The notes below the pieces were generated by a model. The model saw nothing but the letters and a program-made list of their open reading frames with translations, was not told the origin of the DNA and made no database searches. Of a stretch of 64,000 bases of DNA, positions 1 to 12,268 are shown in pieces. The stretch is from the NCBI GenBank assembly GCA_030141605.1, contig JAQGDQ010001033.1, forward strand, positions 1 to 64,000. Direction: 5' to 3'. Origin of the DNA: Tubiluchus corallicola (taxonomy: Eukaryota; Animalia; Priapulida). The first letter of the stretch is position 1; each line of letters opens with the position of its first letter. Both the position numbers and the translations under genes were made by a program.

Positions 1-535
1 TTGGTGATGAGAAAGTTTGACTAGCCTTAATATCAGACTGACTGTAGTTTTGAAAATACGGACCAAATAAGACTTTACAACTAACTTTTTTCATACAAAG
101 TTCAGCCGTAAACGAGGGGCTACTTAATTTAGACCGTCGTGGCGGGCCTGAAACACAAGTCAGTATCAAAAACAGTCGTCCCAGACAAGACAAAAATGAA
201 CTGATGGGAGTGTCTTAGCCATAGGCACATATGTCGTATACACATTCCCGCGATCAGCTAATTGGCTTTGTACGGCAGATGAACCTGTCACGACACAGTT
301 GCCCCCAGTGGTTATCCACCAATTCATTGACTACACACAATATTGCTCAACTTCAGTTGCTGTGAGCATTCAGCTCTTTCCCTCATCCTTGGCAATATAG
401 CACCTGTACGACTTATACAATCGTTCGTGACGAGACTTATAAGTCTGATAAGAATAAACCCATCCAATTACTGAAGGATGAGGATGCAAACGTACAAGTG
501 AATCGAAACTTGTCCAAGAAATGTACAACAGTTAC

Positions 536-737
536 CCTGTTTTCCTCGCCAGACGGTGACGATGTCGTGCGCAACCACCTTATTCCTGAGCTCCTGCTGC
601 ATTTTCCGGATAGTGTAGCACGACCAGGACAAGGAAATGATCGACACGACTACAATGCACGTAGCGTAATACATGTATTCATCAAAATACCACAATAAAC
701 AGCTGAACACTTGAAAGACGTAGAATGGCGTCAAAAC
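536..737 (-). CDS. ATP13A3: P5B ATPase exon (TM1-TM2), last exon in window; gene continues off the left edge
   Basis: VLTPFYVFQVFSCLLWYFDEYMYYATCIVVVSIISL matches the ATP13A 'EVLNPFYxFQ...WxxDxYxYYA' motif; cag acceptor at 738-740, GTAAC donor at 535; paralog assignment (ATP13A2 vs A3) not resolvable. Confidence 0.93.
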
Positions 738-1660
738 CTGCAATGTTCAAATGGCAATACATTATCTGCCGCTTAATTAATCCAGCTTGGCATCAAGCTA
801 AATGGATTTGTTAAACGGGTGGATTTACAAATGTAAGAGAACTATTAAGTAGCATTTTGTATGTTAATACAGTGCAGAGTGTATATTTATGAAGCCAACA
901 CAGTCAGCAGCCACTCAGTAAAAGTTTATAAGTGCATTAATTTATTAGGATTCGTTGATTAAAGTAACTCGCCTAAAGTTAGTAGTATTGTTTACCTTCA
1001 TATGTGATAAACTGCTTGCCAAGTTAAAAACATGTAACTTTAATATCGGTGATGATTATTCATTTATCTGAGTCGTTAATGTTTTCCTGCGCATAACCTT
1101 TTATCAGTTAAAATCGGCAGTTTACTTTCGCACCGACGTCTCCCGACGTTTGTCCGGCAAACCGAGTTATGAGTTACATTATTAAATGGGGTGCTTGATT
1201 TTTGTGGACGCCAAAACGGATATGTGGACATCTTTTTTTCAGGTGTCACCTTCTTTGTGGATTTTTATGTACAAGTAAAAAAAAAACGTGTCCACAAGTT
1301 TACAGGTTTCAGTCCTTGTGACCACAAACACAAAGTTACTGTTAAATTTACTGTTTAGGTTGTGAATCTTTTACGTTGAAATTGTCGCTTTGGAGTTACG
1401 CATCCAAAACGGGTATTCAACTGCAGCCCACTGTACAGCATGCAGAAAAGTTTAATGCTGAAACATGTTCAGTATCGTCACCGATCTGTTCCAGTCGGAA
1501 AGTTTGCGAAAAATGCGATTACGCGGTGTTTCTAGCACGTCGTATTTCAGCAGCTCATACAGTAAATCCTGCTTCGTCGTCGTCGTCACCGCTGTCATGC
1601 AAAGTTGTAAAAAAGTGCTTAGAATAAAGATGCTGATCTAGCTAAAGTTAAAATGCGGGA

Positions 1661-1857
1661 CAATCGTGTGATCTTACGTCACAATTTTGTGATCTTATGT
1701 CACAACTGTGTGATCTTATGTCACAATTGTGTGATCTTATGTCACAATCGTGTGATCTTACGTCACAATTTTGTGATCTTATGTCAGAACTGTGTGATCT
1801 TATGTCACAATTGTGTGATCTTATGTCACAATCGTGTGATCTTACGTCACAATTTTG
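1661..1857. repeat. 21-bp minisatellite, about 9 copies, 84-bp higher-order period
   Basis: unit aattgtgtgatcttatgtcac; internal GTGA..TCAC inverted repeat. Confidence 0.95.
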
Positions 1858-2240
1858 CGTCTTCACACCGCCCAATTGGATTTATAACGCGAAGTTTGGA
1901 TTTAATAAACAGCAGATTTTACTAGCTTAAAATATTATACAGTTCCATTCCAGCAACAGTGACCACAATAAACGGATGGATTTATTAAGTGCATTCACTG
2001 TATTTCTGCTAGACAAAAGATGGTTTTATCTACACTAATTTTATGAAAAAGTCTAATAAAATCACATTACCGTTTAAATTGAATCTTATAATATAAACAT
2101 TCTAATAAAGATATGTATGTATTTCTTTTTCAAATCAAATTACACCCAATAATGTTAAAGGTTACTTAAAATTACTTAATGACAAGGTACAGCACAAGGA
2201 TGCAAATAAGAATGAATGAAAGTGGTGTAGAAAGAACATA

Positions 2241-2769
2241 CACTTGTATCTTGGTCTGCCGCACGTCACTTTTACGGATATCGAAAAATTTGGACAAAAT
2301 CTGGTCTGTTAGAAAATCCCGCATACTATGGACACAGTTCGTTATTTCGCAAGCTGACTACTAGTTGGTGGGCCGTCACTTCTATTTACATCCCGCATAT
2401 TATGGACACAGTTCGTTATTTCGCAAGCTGACTACTAGTTGGTGGGCCGTCACTTCTATTTACATCCAAACAGCATGTAACGACACGTGGGTAGCTTGTA
2501 TGTCAGAGTGTTTAGTGGTTTAATCAGCATGTGTAAGCGGTTTAGAGTCAATTATGCAGAATTATTTGAGTCAATTGCAGACAGTATTTGTATACTTTTG
2601 CATAGGAGCCTGTACTAGACGTTTTTGAGACAATTAGATGCTTGATTCTACATTACCGTGAGTCTAATACACAGCGCCTGCTGTATTAGGTTAATATCGG
2701 TAAATACGAAAATCGGCAAATTCGGACCGACGTCTCCCCACGTTTGTCCGGCAAACCAAGTTATGAGCA
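2241..2769. mobile_element. pogo/Tigger-like MITE (family D) with an internal 74-bp tandem duplication
   Basis: TA-flanked inverted ends cacttgtatcttggtctgccg / ccggcaaaccaagttatgagc; homologous to 61516-61965, with partial copies at about 1040-1175 and (reverse) about 14455-14660. Confidence 0.7.
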
Positions 2770-3220
2770 TACGTTATTAAATCAGCCACCACACAGTCGA
2801 ACTGATTTAGAGAGAAACTCCGGAGGAATGGAATTCGTATAACTAATTTCTAGGTGAAATGTGGTAACGTTTTTCTAATCCGCTATACTTAATAGCGAAA
2901 CGAGTTTCTGAATGGGAATTCCATAGATAAGAAGCACGAGAAAAAAAACAGGGATTTATGAGCAGCCTACAAATCCACATATGTCTAAAATCCACATAAG
3001 TGTGGACATTCAGGATGAGTGGAGGAAGTTTACAAATATAGGAAGTGCTACTTTCTATATGAAAAATGTAGTGACAGAAGATCCTTAACGTAGCAATAAA
3101 TGTTCAGTGCGTAAGGTTAACCTTAAATACGGTTTTGTAGAAGTTTTAAAAATTCATTATTACCTGATAATTGTTAATAAATAGAACCGATTGCATTTAG
3201 TAATTTTACTCCCTCGCTAC

Positions 3221-3874
3221 CCCTTCTCCTTTACCCCTGTAATTCATCTTCTGACTTCTCCGCACTCATGCTGCTCTCCCCTTCTCCTCCTACACCCCCT
3301 GTAATTCATCTTCTGACTTCTCTGCACTCATGCTGCTCTCCCCTTCTCCTACACCCCCTGTAATTCATCTTCTGACTTCTCCGCACTCATGCTGCTCTCC
3401 CCTTCTCCGACACCCCCTGTAATTCAACTTCTGACTTCTCCGCACTCATGCTGCTCTCCCCTTCTCCTCCTACACCCCCTGTAATTCATCTTCTGACTTC
3501 TCCGCACTCATGCTGCTCTCCCCTTCTCCTACACCCCCTGTAATTCATCTTCTGACTTCTCTGCACTCATGCTGCTCTCCCCTTCTTCTCCTACACCCCT
3601 GTAATTCATCTTCTGGCTTCCCTGCACTCATGCTGCTCTCCCCTTCTCCTACACCCCCTGTAATTCATCTTCTGGCTTCCCTGCACTCATGCTGCTCTCC
3701 CCTTCTCCTACACCCCTGTAATTCATCTTCTGACTTCTCCGCACTCATGCTGCTCTCCCCTTCTCCTACACCCCCTGTAATTCATCTTCTGACTTCTCCG
3801 CACTCATGCTGCTCTCCCCTTCTCCTACACCCCCTGTAATTCATCTTCTGACTTCTCCGCACTCATGCTGCTCT
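3221..3874. repeat. About 60-bp pyrimidine-rich minisatellite, about 11 copies
   Basis: unit ccttctcctacaccccctgtaattcatcttctgacttctccgcactcatgctgctctcc. Confidence 0.95.
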
Positions 3875-4061
3875 CGAATTATGTTGTAAACGTAATTAAT
3901 TTTTGCTTTTACCCTGTAAAATGTGTATTTTAAGGAGACAAATAAAAATTGTCTATGTCTAATAATTAGTTCTTGAAGTTTGTGTGACATCATTCGTGTT
4001 AAAGATCTATTTACAAATATGCACAAATGAATAAATTACTAATGCTTTTTCATCGACTCAC

Positions 4062-4131
4062 CTCTCGAAAGAGGATTTCGTACAATGGCCAAACTCTCAC
4101 TCGAATCAGATTTTCGCCAAAGACAATCCTC
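4062..4131 (-). CDS. ATP13A3: P5B ATPase exon (cation ATPase N-terminal region)
   Basis: (R)RIVFGENLIRVRVWPLYEILFRE; tgcag acceptor, GTGAGT donor; phase 2 in and phase 0 out fit both neighbours. Confidence 0.92.
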
Positions 4132-4167
4132 CTGCAAATGAGTAATGTTTTATGAAACTCCCTTCTT

Positions 4168-7100
4168 GCTTTCAGTCAATAGTTAAAAAACATGGGCATC
4201 TTTCATAGCCTGTAAACACTGACTATTTTGCACAGTGTGAAACTGGCTTTCAATCAATAGTTAAAAAACATGGGTATCTTTCACAGCCTGTAAATGCTGA
4301 CTATTTTGCACAGTGAGAAACAGGCTTTCAGTCAATTGTTAAAAAACACGGGTATTTTTCACAGCCTGTAAATGCTGACTATTTTGCACAGTGAGAAACA
4401 GGCTTTCAATCAATAGTTAAAAAACACAGGTATCTTTCATAGCCTGTAAATGCTGACAATTTTGCACAGTGAGAAACAGACTTTCAGTCAATTGTTAAAA
4501 AACATGGGTATCTTTCACAGCCTGTAAATGCTGACTATTTTGCACAGTGAGAAACAGACTTTCAATCAATAGTTAAAAAACATGGGTATCTTTCATAGCC
4601 TGTAAATGCTGACTATTTTGCACAGTGAGAAACAGACTTTCAGTCAATTGTTAAAAAACATGGGTATCTTTCACAGCCTGTAAATGCTGACTATTTTGCA
4701 CAGTGAGAAACAGACTTTCAGTCAATGGTTAAAAAACATGGGTATCTTTCACAGCCTGTAAATGCTGACTATTTTGCACAGTGAGAAACAGGCTTTCAAT
4801 CAATAGTTAAAAAACACAGGTATCTTTCATAGCCTGTAAATGCTGACTATTTTGCACAGTGAGAAACAGACTTTCAGTCAATTGTTAAAAAACATGGGTA
4901 TCTTTCACAGCCTGTAAATGCTGACTATTTTGCACAGTGAGAAACAGACTTTCAGTCAATTGTTAAAAAACACGGGTGTCTTTCATGGCCTGTAAATGCT
5001 GACTATTTTGCACAGTGAGAAACAGGCTTTCAATCAATGGTTAAAAAACACGGGTATCTTTCATAGCCTGTAAATGCTGACTATTTTGCACAGTGAGAAA
5101 CAGACTTTCAGTCAGCGGTTAAAAAACATGGGTATCTTTCACAGCCTGTAAACGCTGACTATTTTGCACAGTGAGAAACAGACTTTCAGTCAATGGTTAA
5201 AAAACATGGGTATCTTTCATAGCCTGTAAACGCTGACTATTTTGCACAGTGAGAAACAGACTTTCAGTCAATGGTTAAAAAACATGGGTATCTTTCATAG
5301 CCTGTAAACGCTGACTATTTTGCACAGTGAGAAACAGACTTTCAGTCAGCGGTTAAAAAACATGGGTATCTTTCACAGCCTGTAAACGCTGACTATTTTG
5401 CACAGTGAGAAACAGACTTTCAGTCAATGGTTAAAAAACATGGGTATCTTTCATAGCCTGTAAACGCTGACTATTTTGCACAGTGAGAAACAGACTTTCA
5501 GTCAATGGTTAAAAAACATGGGTATCTTTCATAGCCTGTAAACGCTGACTATTTTGCACAGTGAGAAACAGACTTTCAGTCAATGGTTAAAAAACATGGG
5601 TATCTTTCATGGCCTGTAAACGCTGACTATTTTGCACAGTGAGAAACAGACTTTCAGTCAATTGTTAAAAAACATGGGTATCTTTCATGGCCTGTAAACG
5701 CTGACTATTTTGCACAGTGAGAAACAGACTTTCAGTCAATTGTTAAAAAACATGGGCATCTTTCATAGCCTGTAAATGCTGACTATTTTGCACAGTGAGA
5801 AACAGACTTTCAGTCAGCGGTTAAAAAACATGGGTATGTTTCACAGCCTGTAAACGCTGACTATTTTGCACAGTGAGAAACAGACTTTCAGTCAATGGTT
5901 AAAAAACATGGGCATCTTTCATAGCCTGTAAATGCTGACTATTTTGTACAGTGAGAAACAAGCTTTCAGTCAATGGTTAAAAAACATGGGTATCTTTCAT
6001 AGCCTGTAAATGCTGACTATTTTGTACAGTGAGAAACAGACTTTCAGTCAATGGTTAAAAAACATGGGCATCTTTCATAGCCTGTAAATGCTGACTATTT
6101 TGCACAGTGAGAAACAGACTTTCAGTTAATGGTTAAAAAACACGGGTATCTTTCACAGCCTGTAAACGCTGACTATTTTGCACAGTGAGAAACAGGCTTT
6201 CAGTCAATGGTTAAAAAACACAGGTATCTTTCATAGCCTGTAAATGCTGACTATTTTGCACAGTGAGAAACAGGCTTTCAATCAATGGTTAAAAAACATG
6301 GGCATCTTTCATAGCCTGTAAATGCTGACTATTTTGCACAGTGAGAAACAGACTTTCAGTTAATGGTTAAAAAACATGGGCATCTTTCATAGCCTGTAAA
6401 TGCTGACTATTTTGCACAGTGAGAAACAAGCTTTCAGTCAATGGTTAAAAAACATGGGTATCTTTCATAGCCTGTAAATGCTGACTATTTTGTACAGTGA
6501 GAAACAGACTTTCAATCAATGGTTAAAAAACATGGGCATCTTTCATAGCCTGTAAATGCTGACTATTTTGCACAGTGAGAAACAGACTTTCAGTTAATGG
6601 TTAAAAAACACGGGTATCTTTCACAGCCTGTAAACGCTGACTATTTTGCACAGTGAGAAACAGGCTTTCAGTCAATGGTTAAAAAACACAGGTATCTTTC
6701 ATAGCCTGTAAATGCTGACTATTTTGCACAGTGAGAAACAGACTTTCAGTTAATGGTTAAAAAACATGGGCATCTTTCATAGCCTGTAAATGCTGACTAT
6801 TTTGCACAGTGAGAAACAAGCTTTCAGTCAATGGTTAAAAAACATGGGTATCTTTCATAGCCTGTAAATGCTGACTATTTTGCACAGTGAGAAACAGGCT
6901 TTCAATCAATGGTTAAAAAACATGGGTATCTTTCATAGCCTGTAAATGCTGACTATTTTGCACAGTGAGAAACAGGCTTTCAATCAATGGTTAAAAAACA
7001 CGGGTATCTTTCATAGCATGTAAATGCTGACTATTTTGCACAGTGAGAAACAGACTTTCAGTCAATGGTTAAAAAACACGGGTGTCTTTCATGGCCTGTA

Positions 7101-7290
7101 AATGCTGACTATTTTGCACAGTGAGAAACAGGCTTTCAATCAATGGTTAAAAAACATGGGTATCTTTCATAAGCATGTAAACGCTGACTATTTTGCACAG
7201 TGAGAAACAGGCTTTAGTCAATGGTTAAAAAACATCGGTATCTTTCATAGCATGTAAATGCTGACAATTTTGCACAGTGAAAAACAGGCA
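4168..7290. repeat. 78-bp minisatellite, about 40 copies
   Basis: unit ctttcagtcaatggttaaaaaacatgggtatctttcatagcctgtaaatgctgactattttgcacagtgagaaacaga. Confidence 0.97.
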
Positions 7291-7563
7291 CTGCTATGAG
7301 TGAGTCGGTATGGTTATATTCCTGCAGCAATGAAAAACTTACAAAATTCAACTTGGCAATTTTTTGAACCATGGTCCAAAATTGGCTTCAGTTTGCCTAT
7401 AAAGGTCATGCACAAATAAGCATAATGTGATGAAAACATTTGTAGGAATGCAGCTCAGTATTTACTGACGACTGAATCTACACAATAGTTGACAAATAGA
7501 AACATTTTTATGTATTTCTCACTGTAATAATATTTACATAAGCCTAACTAAAAGAAGCCATAC

Positions 7564-7641
7564 CTATTAGCTTGTTCACCCGGCGTGAGACCATTGCACA
7601 TGTAGAAATAAGAGCATGGTACCCCACCAGAATCTAACGTT
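7564..7641 (-). CDS. ATP13A3: P5B ATPase exon
   Basis: TLDSGGVPCSYFYMCNGLTPGEQAN(R); tttcag acceptor, GTATGG donor; phase 2/2; 'GLT..EQ..RR' motif. Confidence 0.9.
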
Positions 7642-7875
7642 CTGAAATAATAAGCATAGTAATGTGAACGACGACGACGATGGTGGCGGTGATGATTATG
7701 ATAACGACAATGATAGTAACTACTGAAAATCTCGTAAACAAGATTACACTCAACAATGAATGAAATTCTACGGTGTATTTTTACTAATCTTGGCCTCTTT
7801 AACACAAATAAATATTTGGACAAGAGAAATCAACAAGAAAGGTTATAGGAAGCACAGCATTGGCAAGCCAAAGAC

Positions 7876-9003
7876 GAAGAAACAACAATGGCTTTGCACG
7901 CCATTGTTTTCCAAGCAAGAGAAGAAACAACAATGGCTTTGCACGCCATTGTTTTCCAAGCAAGAGAAGAAACAACAATGGCTTTGCACGCCATTGTTTT
8001 CCAAGCAAGAGAAGAAACAACAATGGCTTTGCACGCCATTATTTTCCAAGCAAGAGAAGAAACAACAATGGCTTTGCACGCCATTGTTTTCCAAGCAAGA
8101 GAAGAAACAACAATGGCTTTGCATGCCATTATTTTCCAAGCAAGAGAAGAAACAACAATGGCTTTGCACGCCATTGTTTTCCAAGCAAGAGAAGAAACAA
8201 CAATGGCTTTGCACGCCATTATTTTCCAAGCAAGAGAAGAAACAACAATGGCTTTGCACGCCATTGTTTTCCAAGCAAGAGAAGAAACAACAATGGCTTT
8301 GCACGCCATTATTTTCCAAGCAAGAGAAGAAACAACAATGGCTTTGCACGCCATTATTTTCCAAGCAAGAGAAGAAACAACAATGGCTTTGCACGCCATT
8401 GTTTTCCAAGCAAGAGAAGAAACAACAATGGCTTTGCACGCCATTGTTTTCCAAGCAAGAGAAGAAACAACAATGGCTTTGCACGCCATTGTTTTCCAAG
8501 CAAGAGAAGAAACAACAATGGCTTTGCACGCCATTATTTTCCAAGCAAGAGAAGAAACAACAATGGCTTTGCACGCCATTGTTTTCCACGCAAGAGAAGA
8601 AACAACAATGGCTTTGCACGCCATTGTTTTCCAAGCAAGAGAAGAAACAACAATGGTTTTGCAAGCCATTGTTTTCCAAGCAAGAGAAGAAACAACAATG
8701 GCTTTGCACGCCATTATTTTCCAAGCAAGAGAAGAAACAACAATGGCTTTGCACGCCCCATTGTTTTCCAAGCAAGAGAAGAAACAACAATGGCTTTGCA
8801 CGCCATTATTTTCCAAGCAAGAGAAGAAACAACAATGGTTTTGCAAGCCATTGTTTTCCAAGCAAGAGAAGAAACAACAATGGCTTTGCACGCCATTGTT
8901 TTCCAAGCAAGATAAGAAACAACAATGGTTTTGCAAGTCATTGTTTTCCACGCAAGAGAAGAAACAACAATGGCTTTGCACGCCATTGTTTTCCAAGCAA
9001 GAG
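7876..9003. repeat. 45-bp hairpin-forming minisatellite, about 25 copies
   Basis: unit gaagaaacaacaatggctttgcacgccattgttttccaagcaaga; stem aacaatggc/gccattgtt. Confidence 0.97.
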
Positions 9004-9398
9004 TTTCACCAAACGGAATCTGACACTAAACTGTAGCCAATCATCTTGGTGGAGCTCTTTTTAAAAGAGTTTTGTCACACCTTGTAAAGTGTTCATCTTC
9101 TCTTTCCAAAGAACATTAGCTCTCTCTCACACACAAGAGAAGCACTACAGGATTTTTGTACATAGGACTCAGGAAAGATTTAAAAAAAATCGGATAGATA
9201 AGTTTGAAGATAAATGAGCGAAGCTGTCTACGAATTCTAGACAAACCTGCTACATACACTGTCAAACTTAGTACCAAACCATTACCAGAATTATAATGTT
9301 CGTTAATAATAAAGATATAACCATTTGAATCATCACAACATCAGACTAAAGTGTAGCAACTCTTCAACGATCACACTACTTCAGAATGACGTAACCAC

Positions 9399-9493
9399 CT
9401 GAGTAACTGAAAACTTTGCGACTCCGGCTCCCAGATGTAGCGGACTTTCTTGTTTTGAAAATACCGCATTTTTGGCACTGGCAAGAAATTTCC
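9399..9493 (-). CDS. ATP13A3: P5B ATPase exon
   Basis: GNFLPVPKMRYFQNKKVRYIWEPESQSFQLL(R) resembles the ATP13A 'RYF.....Y.W......F' segment; tgcag acceptor, GTGGTT donor; phase 0/2. Confidence 0.88.
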
Positions 9494-10006
9494 CTGCACA
9501 AACAAAAAACCAACAAAAATGAACGCCACGGTGTTCTAACACTAATAATAAAAAGCACTGGGCCTATTAAACAGCCCTATTTCTTACGTAAAGACATATT
9601 AATAATGCAAATTATATGAAATAATTAAATTTTAATCTAAGCTAACATGCATTCAGTTGCACTTTTATTTATTATTACCCAGGCCTGACGCTGCTTAACT
9701 TTCACAGCTGAGTACACACCGAGAGCACCCACAAATACGACACTTACATTTCATAGGTGACACTGGTCTGACACAGAAATGCGAAGTAAAGTTAGTAATA
9801 AAATGAATGCTTCACACAATGAATAATTCACTACTTTGCTTTAGTACTTCAAATGCCTTAGTGCTTACAATGCTTTAGTGCGTAATTTACTTTAGTACCC
9901 ACACTGCCAGAGTATATATTAATACATATTTTTACATATATATATATTTATAGAGCTCTAGAACAAGTTCGAAACATTTTGGTACTTATTCAAGTTTAGT
10001 ACTTAC

Positions 10007-10085
10007 ATTGCGGTCGGGAATGTGCAGCTTCTGAACGCCTGATGACTTTTGTATGTTTTCCATCTTTAGAGAATTTTTCTCCGAA
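10007..10085 (-). CDS. ATP13A3: P5B ATPase exon (variable linker)
   Basis: SEKNSLKMENIQKSSGVQKLHIPDRN; tttcag acceptor, GTAAGT donor; phase 2/0 is exactly what is needed to join the flanking exons. Confidence 0.78.
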
Positions 10086-10786
10086 CTGAAATATTAGTAT
10101 AAGTATTAATCTTGCAACATTGCATGGTTACACGAATATATATATATACAAGAACAAATGGGAAAATGCTGGGCAAAAAGAAAAAAGAAAATATTGGAAG
10201 TTTAAAAATGACCAACCCAAGCACACTACTGACTATAATTCTTTCAAGATGAGACACTGAACCAACAGAGGTGTTATCTCAAACACATTTAGATGGTGAG
10301 TAAACAGTCCTTCAAGGCGGCAAACAGTCAAAATGAGACTGTTGTATGAAATCACCAATGGAAAGTGTTTAACTGTGTGGTTACCAATCCATTAACTGAC
10401 CAGGTTTAACACTGCTCAGCTATTGAGAAATGTTGTTTTCCTTTGGTGAATGTCTACGAAACTCAACTGTAAGGCAACGTAAAGTTTATTTCAAATAAGG
10501 CGTAATGCAGCAATTTTCTCAATTTCAAAAAAAATTTCTCAAGTCACAGGAAAATGTAAAATCAACAGGTACTACCCAAAAAGACGGTAAAACCAAGTGC
10601 AAACAGCTACACATCATCCATATCAGCATGTACATAAAATCACGATTAAAAATTGTGATCGAAGCGGACTAGACTGCGGTTAAAAGAGCTTGCACCAGGT
10701 ATTATGCCTTAGGGGATGTATTCAATCTTAACACGCCTAGCATTAGCAGCCGACGCGTTTAACTTTAAAAACTTGTTGCAACTTAC

Positions 10787-10857
10787 GAAGCTGTATCTGT
10801 TGTCTGCTGAGCTGTAATTGTTAAGACTGGATGTACCCACCACTTCATGTGTTGGTC
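10787..10857 (-). CDS. ATP13A3: P5B ATPase exon
   Basis: DQHMKWWVHPVLTITAQQTTDTA(S); ttttgcag acceptor, GTAAGT donor; phase 0/2. Confidence 0.85.
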
Positions 10858-11434
10858 CTGCAAAATAGAAAAAAAAGTAAATATATCATTAACAAGAAGG
10901 GGACATGATTGCACCATGTTTTTATCACATTTTTTTCCCAAAGCCAGATTAATTCCATATTAGCAAAGGCTCTGCAAGAAAATTTGCGTATAAAAACACG
11001 TATAATCAAAAATACGCAAACATGCTACATAGTCCTCATTTATAACGCAAAACCCGTAGCAGCAGCTTTTACTGAATTAATTACATAATAATTACATCTT
11101 AATTACATTAATCCATTACATAATAATGGATGACGTCAGAACAATGGCTTTGCGTCAGCAGTTTTCTAAGCGAAAATTGCCACAAATAGAGCATCTAATT
11201 AACTCGTCAGTACTCCTTTTGGTGGACGTGTCCTAAAATATAGCCCAAATCATCGTGTAGCCCTGTTCTTCCTCTTTCTAAAGAGCCATATATCTCCTTT
11301 CGAGAGTCCCACCAGGCGCCACCAGAACGTTTTTTCTGCAGGCTGTTCGGTCAAAATTTCGAAAAAATCGCGACCTTTCGTTTGATGTATAGATCGCCGC
11401 AAATGGTGCCGTCGTCGGAGCTGTAGCCTCGAAT

Positions 11435-11436
<2 letters not shown>

Positions 11437-11498
<62 letters not shown>
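11437..11498. repeat. (TA)n microsatellite; others are (TAA)n at about 11793-11850 and (TA)n at about 54034-54086
   Basis: direct reading. Confidence 0.97.
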
Positions 11499-11500
<2 letters not shown>

Positions 11501-11791
11501 AGTAGAATTAATATGTACGATGAACATCTACAAATGAGCGGAAGGGATTGTTGGTCGGGTTTGTCTTGAAACACTTATCTGAAATGCGTAGTGGATTTCT
11601 AAATTAACCAATTGAAAAAAAGGAAAAGGCAGCAGCAGGCGGCAAAATTCCGATATTGAAGAAAGTGGCAAATTGTTTCACCCTAGAAAATCGCAACACT
11701 CGATTAACTCTTTATGGCAAGTACTTACTGCAGAACAAATGACGATATGCATACTGAATATAGAATGAAAATTACTTATAATTTAAAGCAT

Positions 11792-11844
<53 letters not shown>

Positions 11845-11959
11845 AATAATCTTTATTTAAAGTCGGCTTTTGGGTCAACAATTAACATTAGCTCAAAGAG
11901 CTATGCTACTATCACCCTGTAAATAACAACCTACAACTACATAACAGAGACTATTATTA

Positions 11960-12093
11960 CCCCACTTTTATCCTAAATATCACGCGTCAGGCAGGGCAAC
12001 AGCAAGTCTTTGGTATGACCCGGCCGCTGGTTCAAACTCACGACCTCCCAGACGGAAAACAGACGCATTGCCACTAGACTAAACCGTCTGGTC
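11960..12093 (-). mobile_element. tRNA-derived SINE head (Meta-SINE-like)
   Basis: A-box TAGTCTAGTGG and B-box GTTTGAACC, followed by GGGTCATACCAAAGACTT resembling the Meta domain start. Confidence 0.6.
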
Positions 12094-12268
12094 TATTTGT
12101 ATGAGAAATGCATAAAACCATGAAGTGGTAGCCCTTATTTTGCCTCAGATATTATTTTGGTCTGCAAGAAATGCCAAAGGTGGCAAAGTAAGGTGAAATG
12201 GTCTAATATTATGGCTCTAGGTTACAAAAAGGCATCTGCTTTCTGTTTCTCTGCGCATAGTAAAGTTA

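Noticed and set aside
7760-9064. Long ORFs in nearly all frames (up to 434 aa)
   Set aside because: Artefact of a stop-free 45-bp repeat inside an intron; a frameshift within the array shows no coding constraint
9748-9767. 20-nt candidate microexon (tcag|ACCAGTGTCACCTATGAAAT|gtaagt, minus strand)
   Set aside because: Not phase-compatible with the flanking ATPase exons; at most a poison exon, with no support
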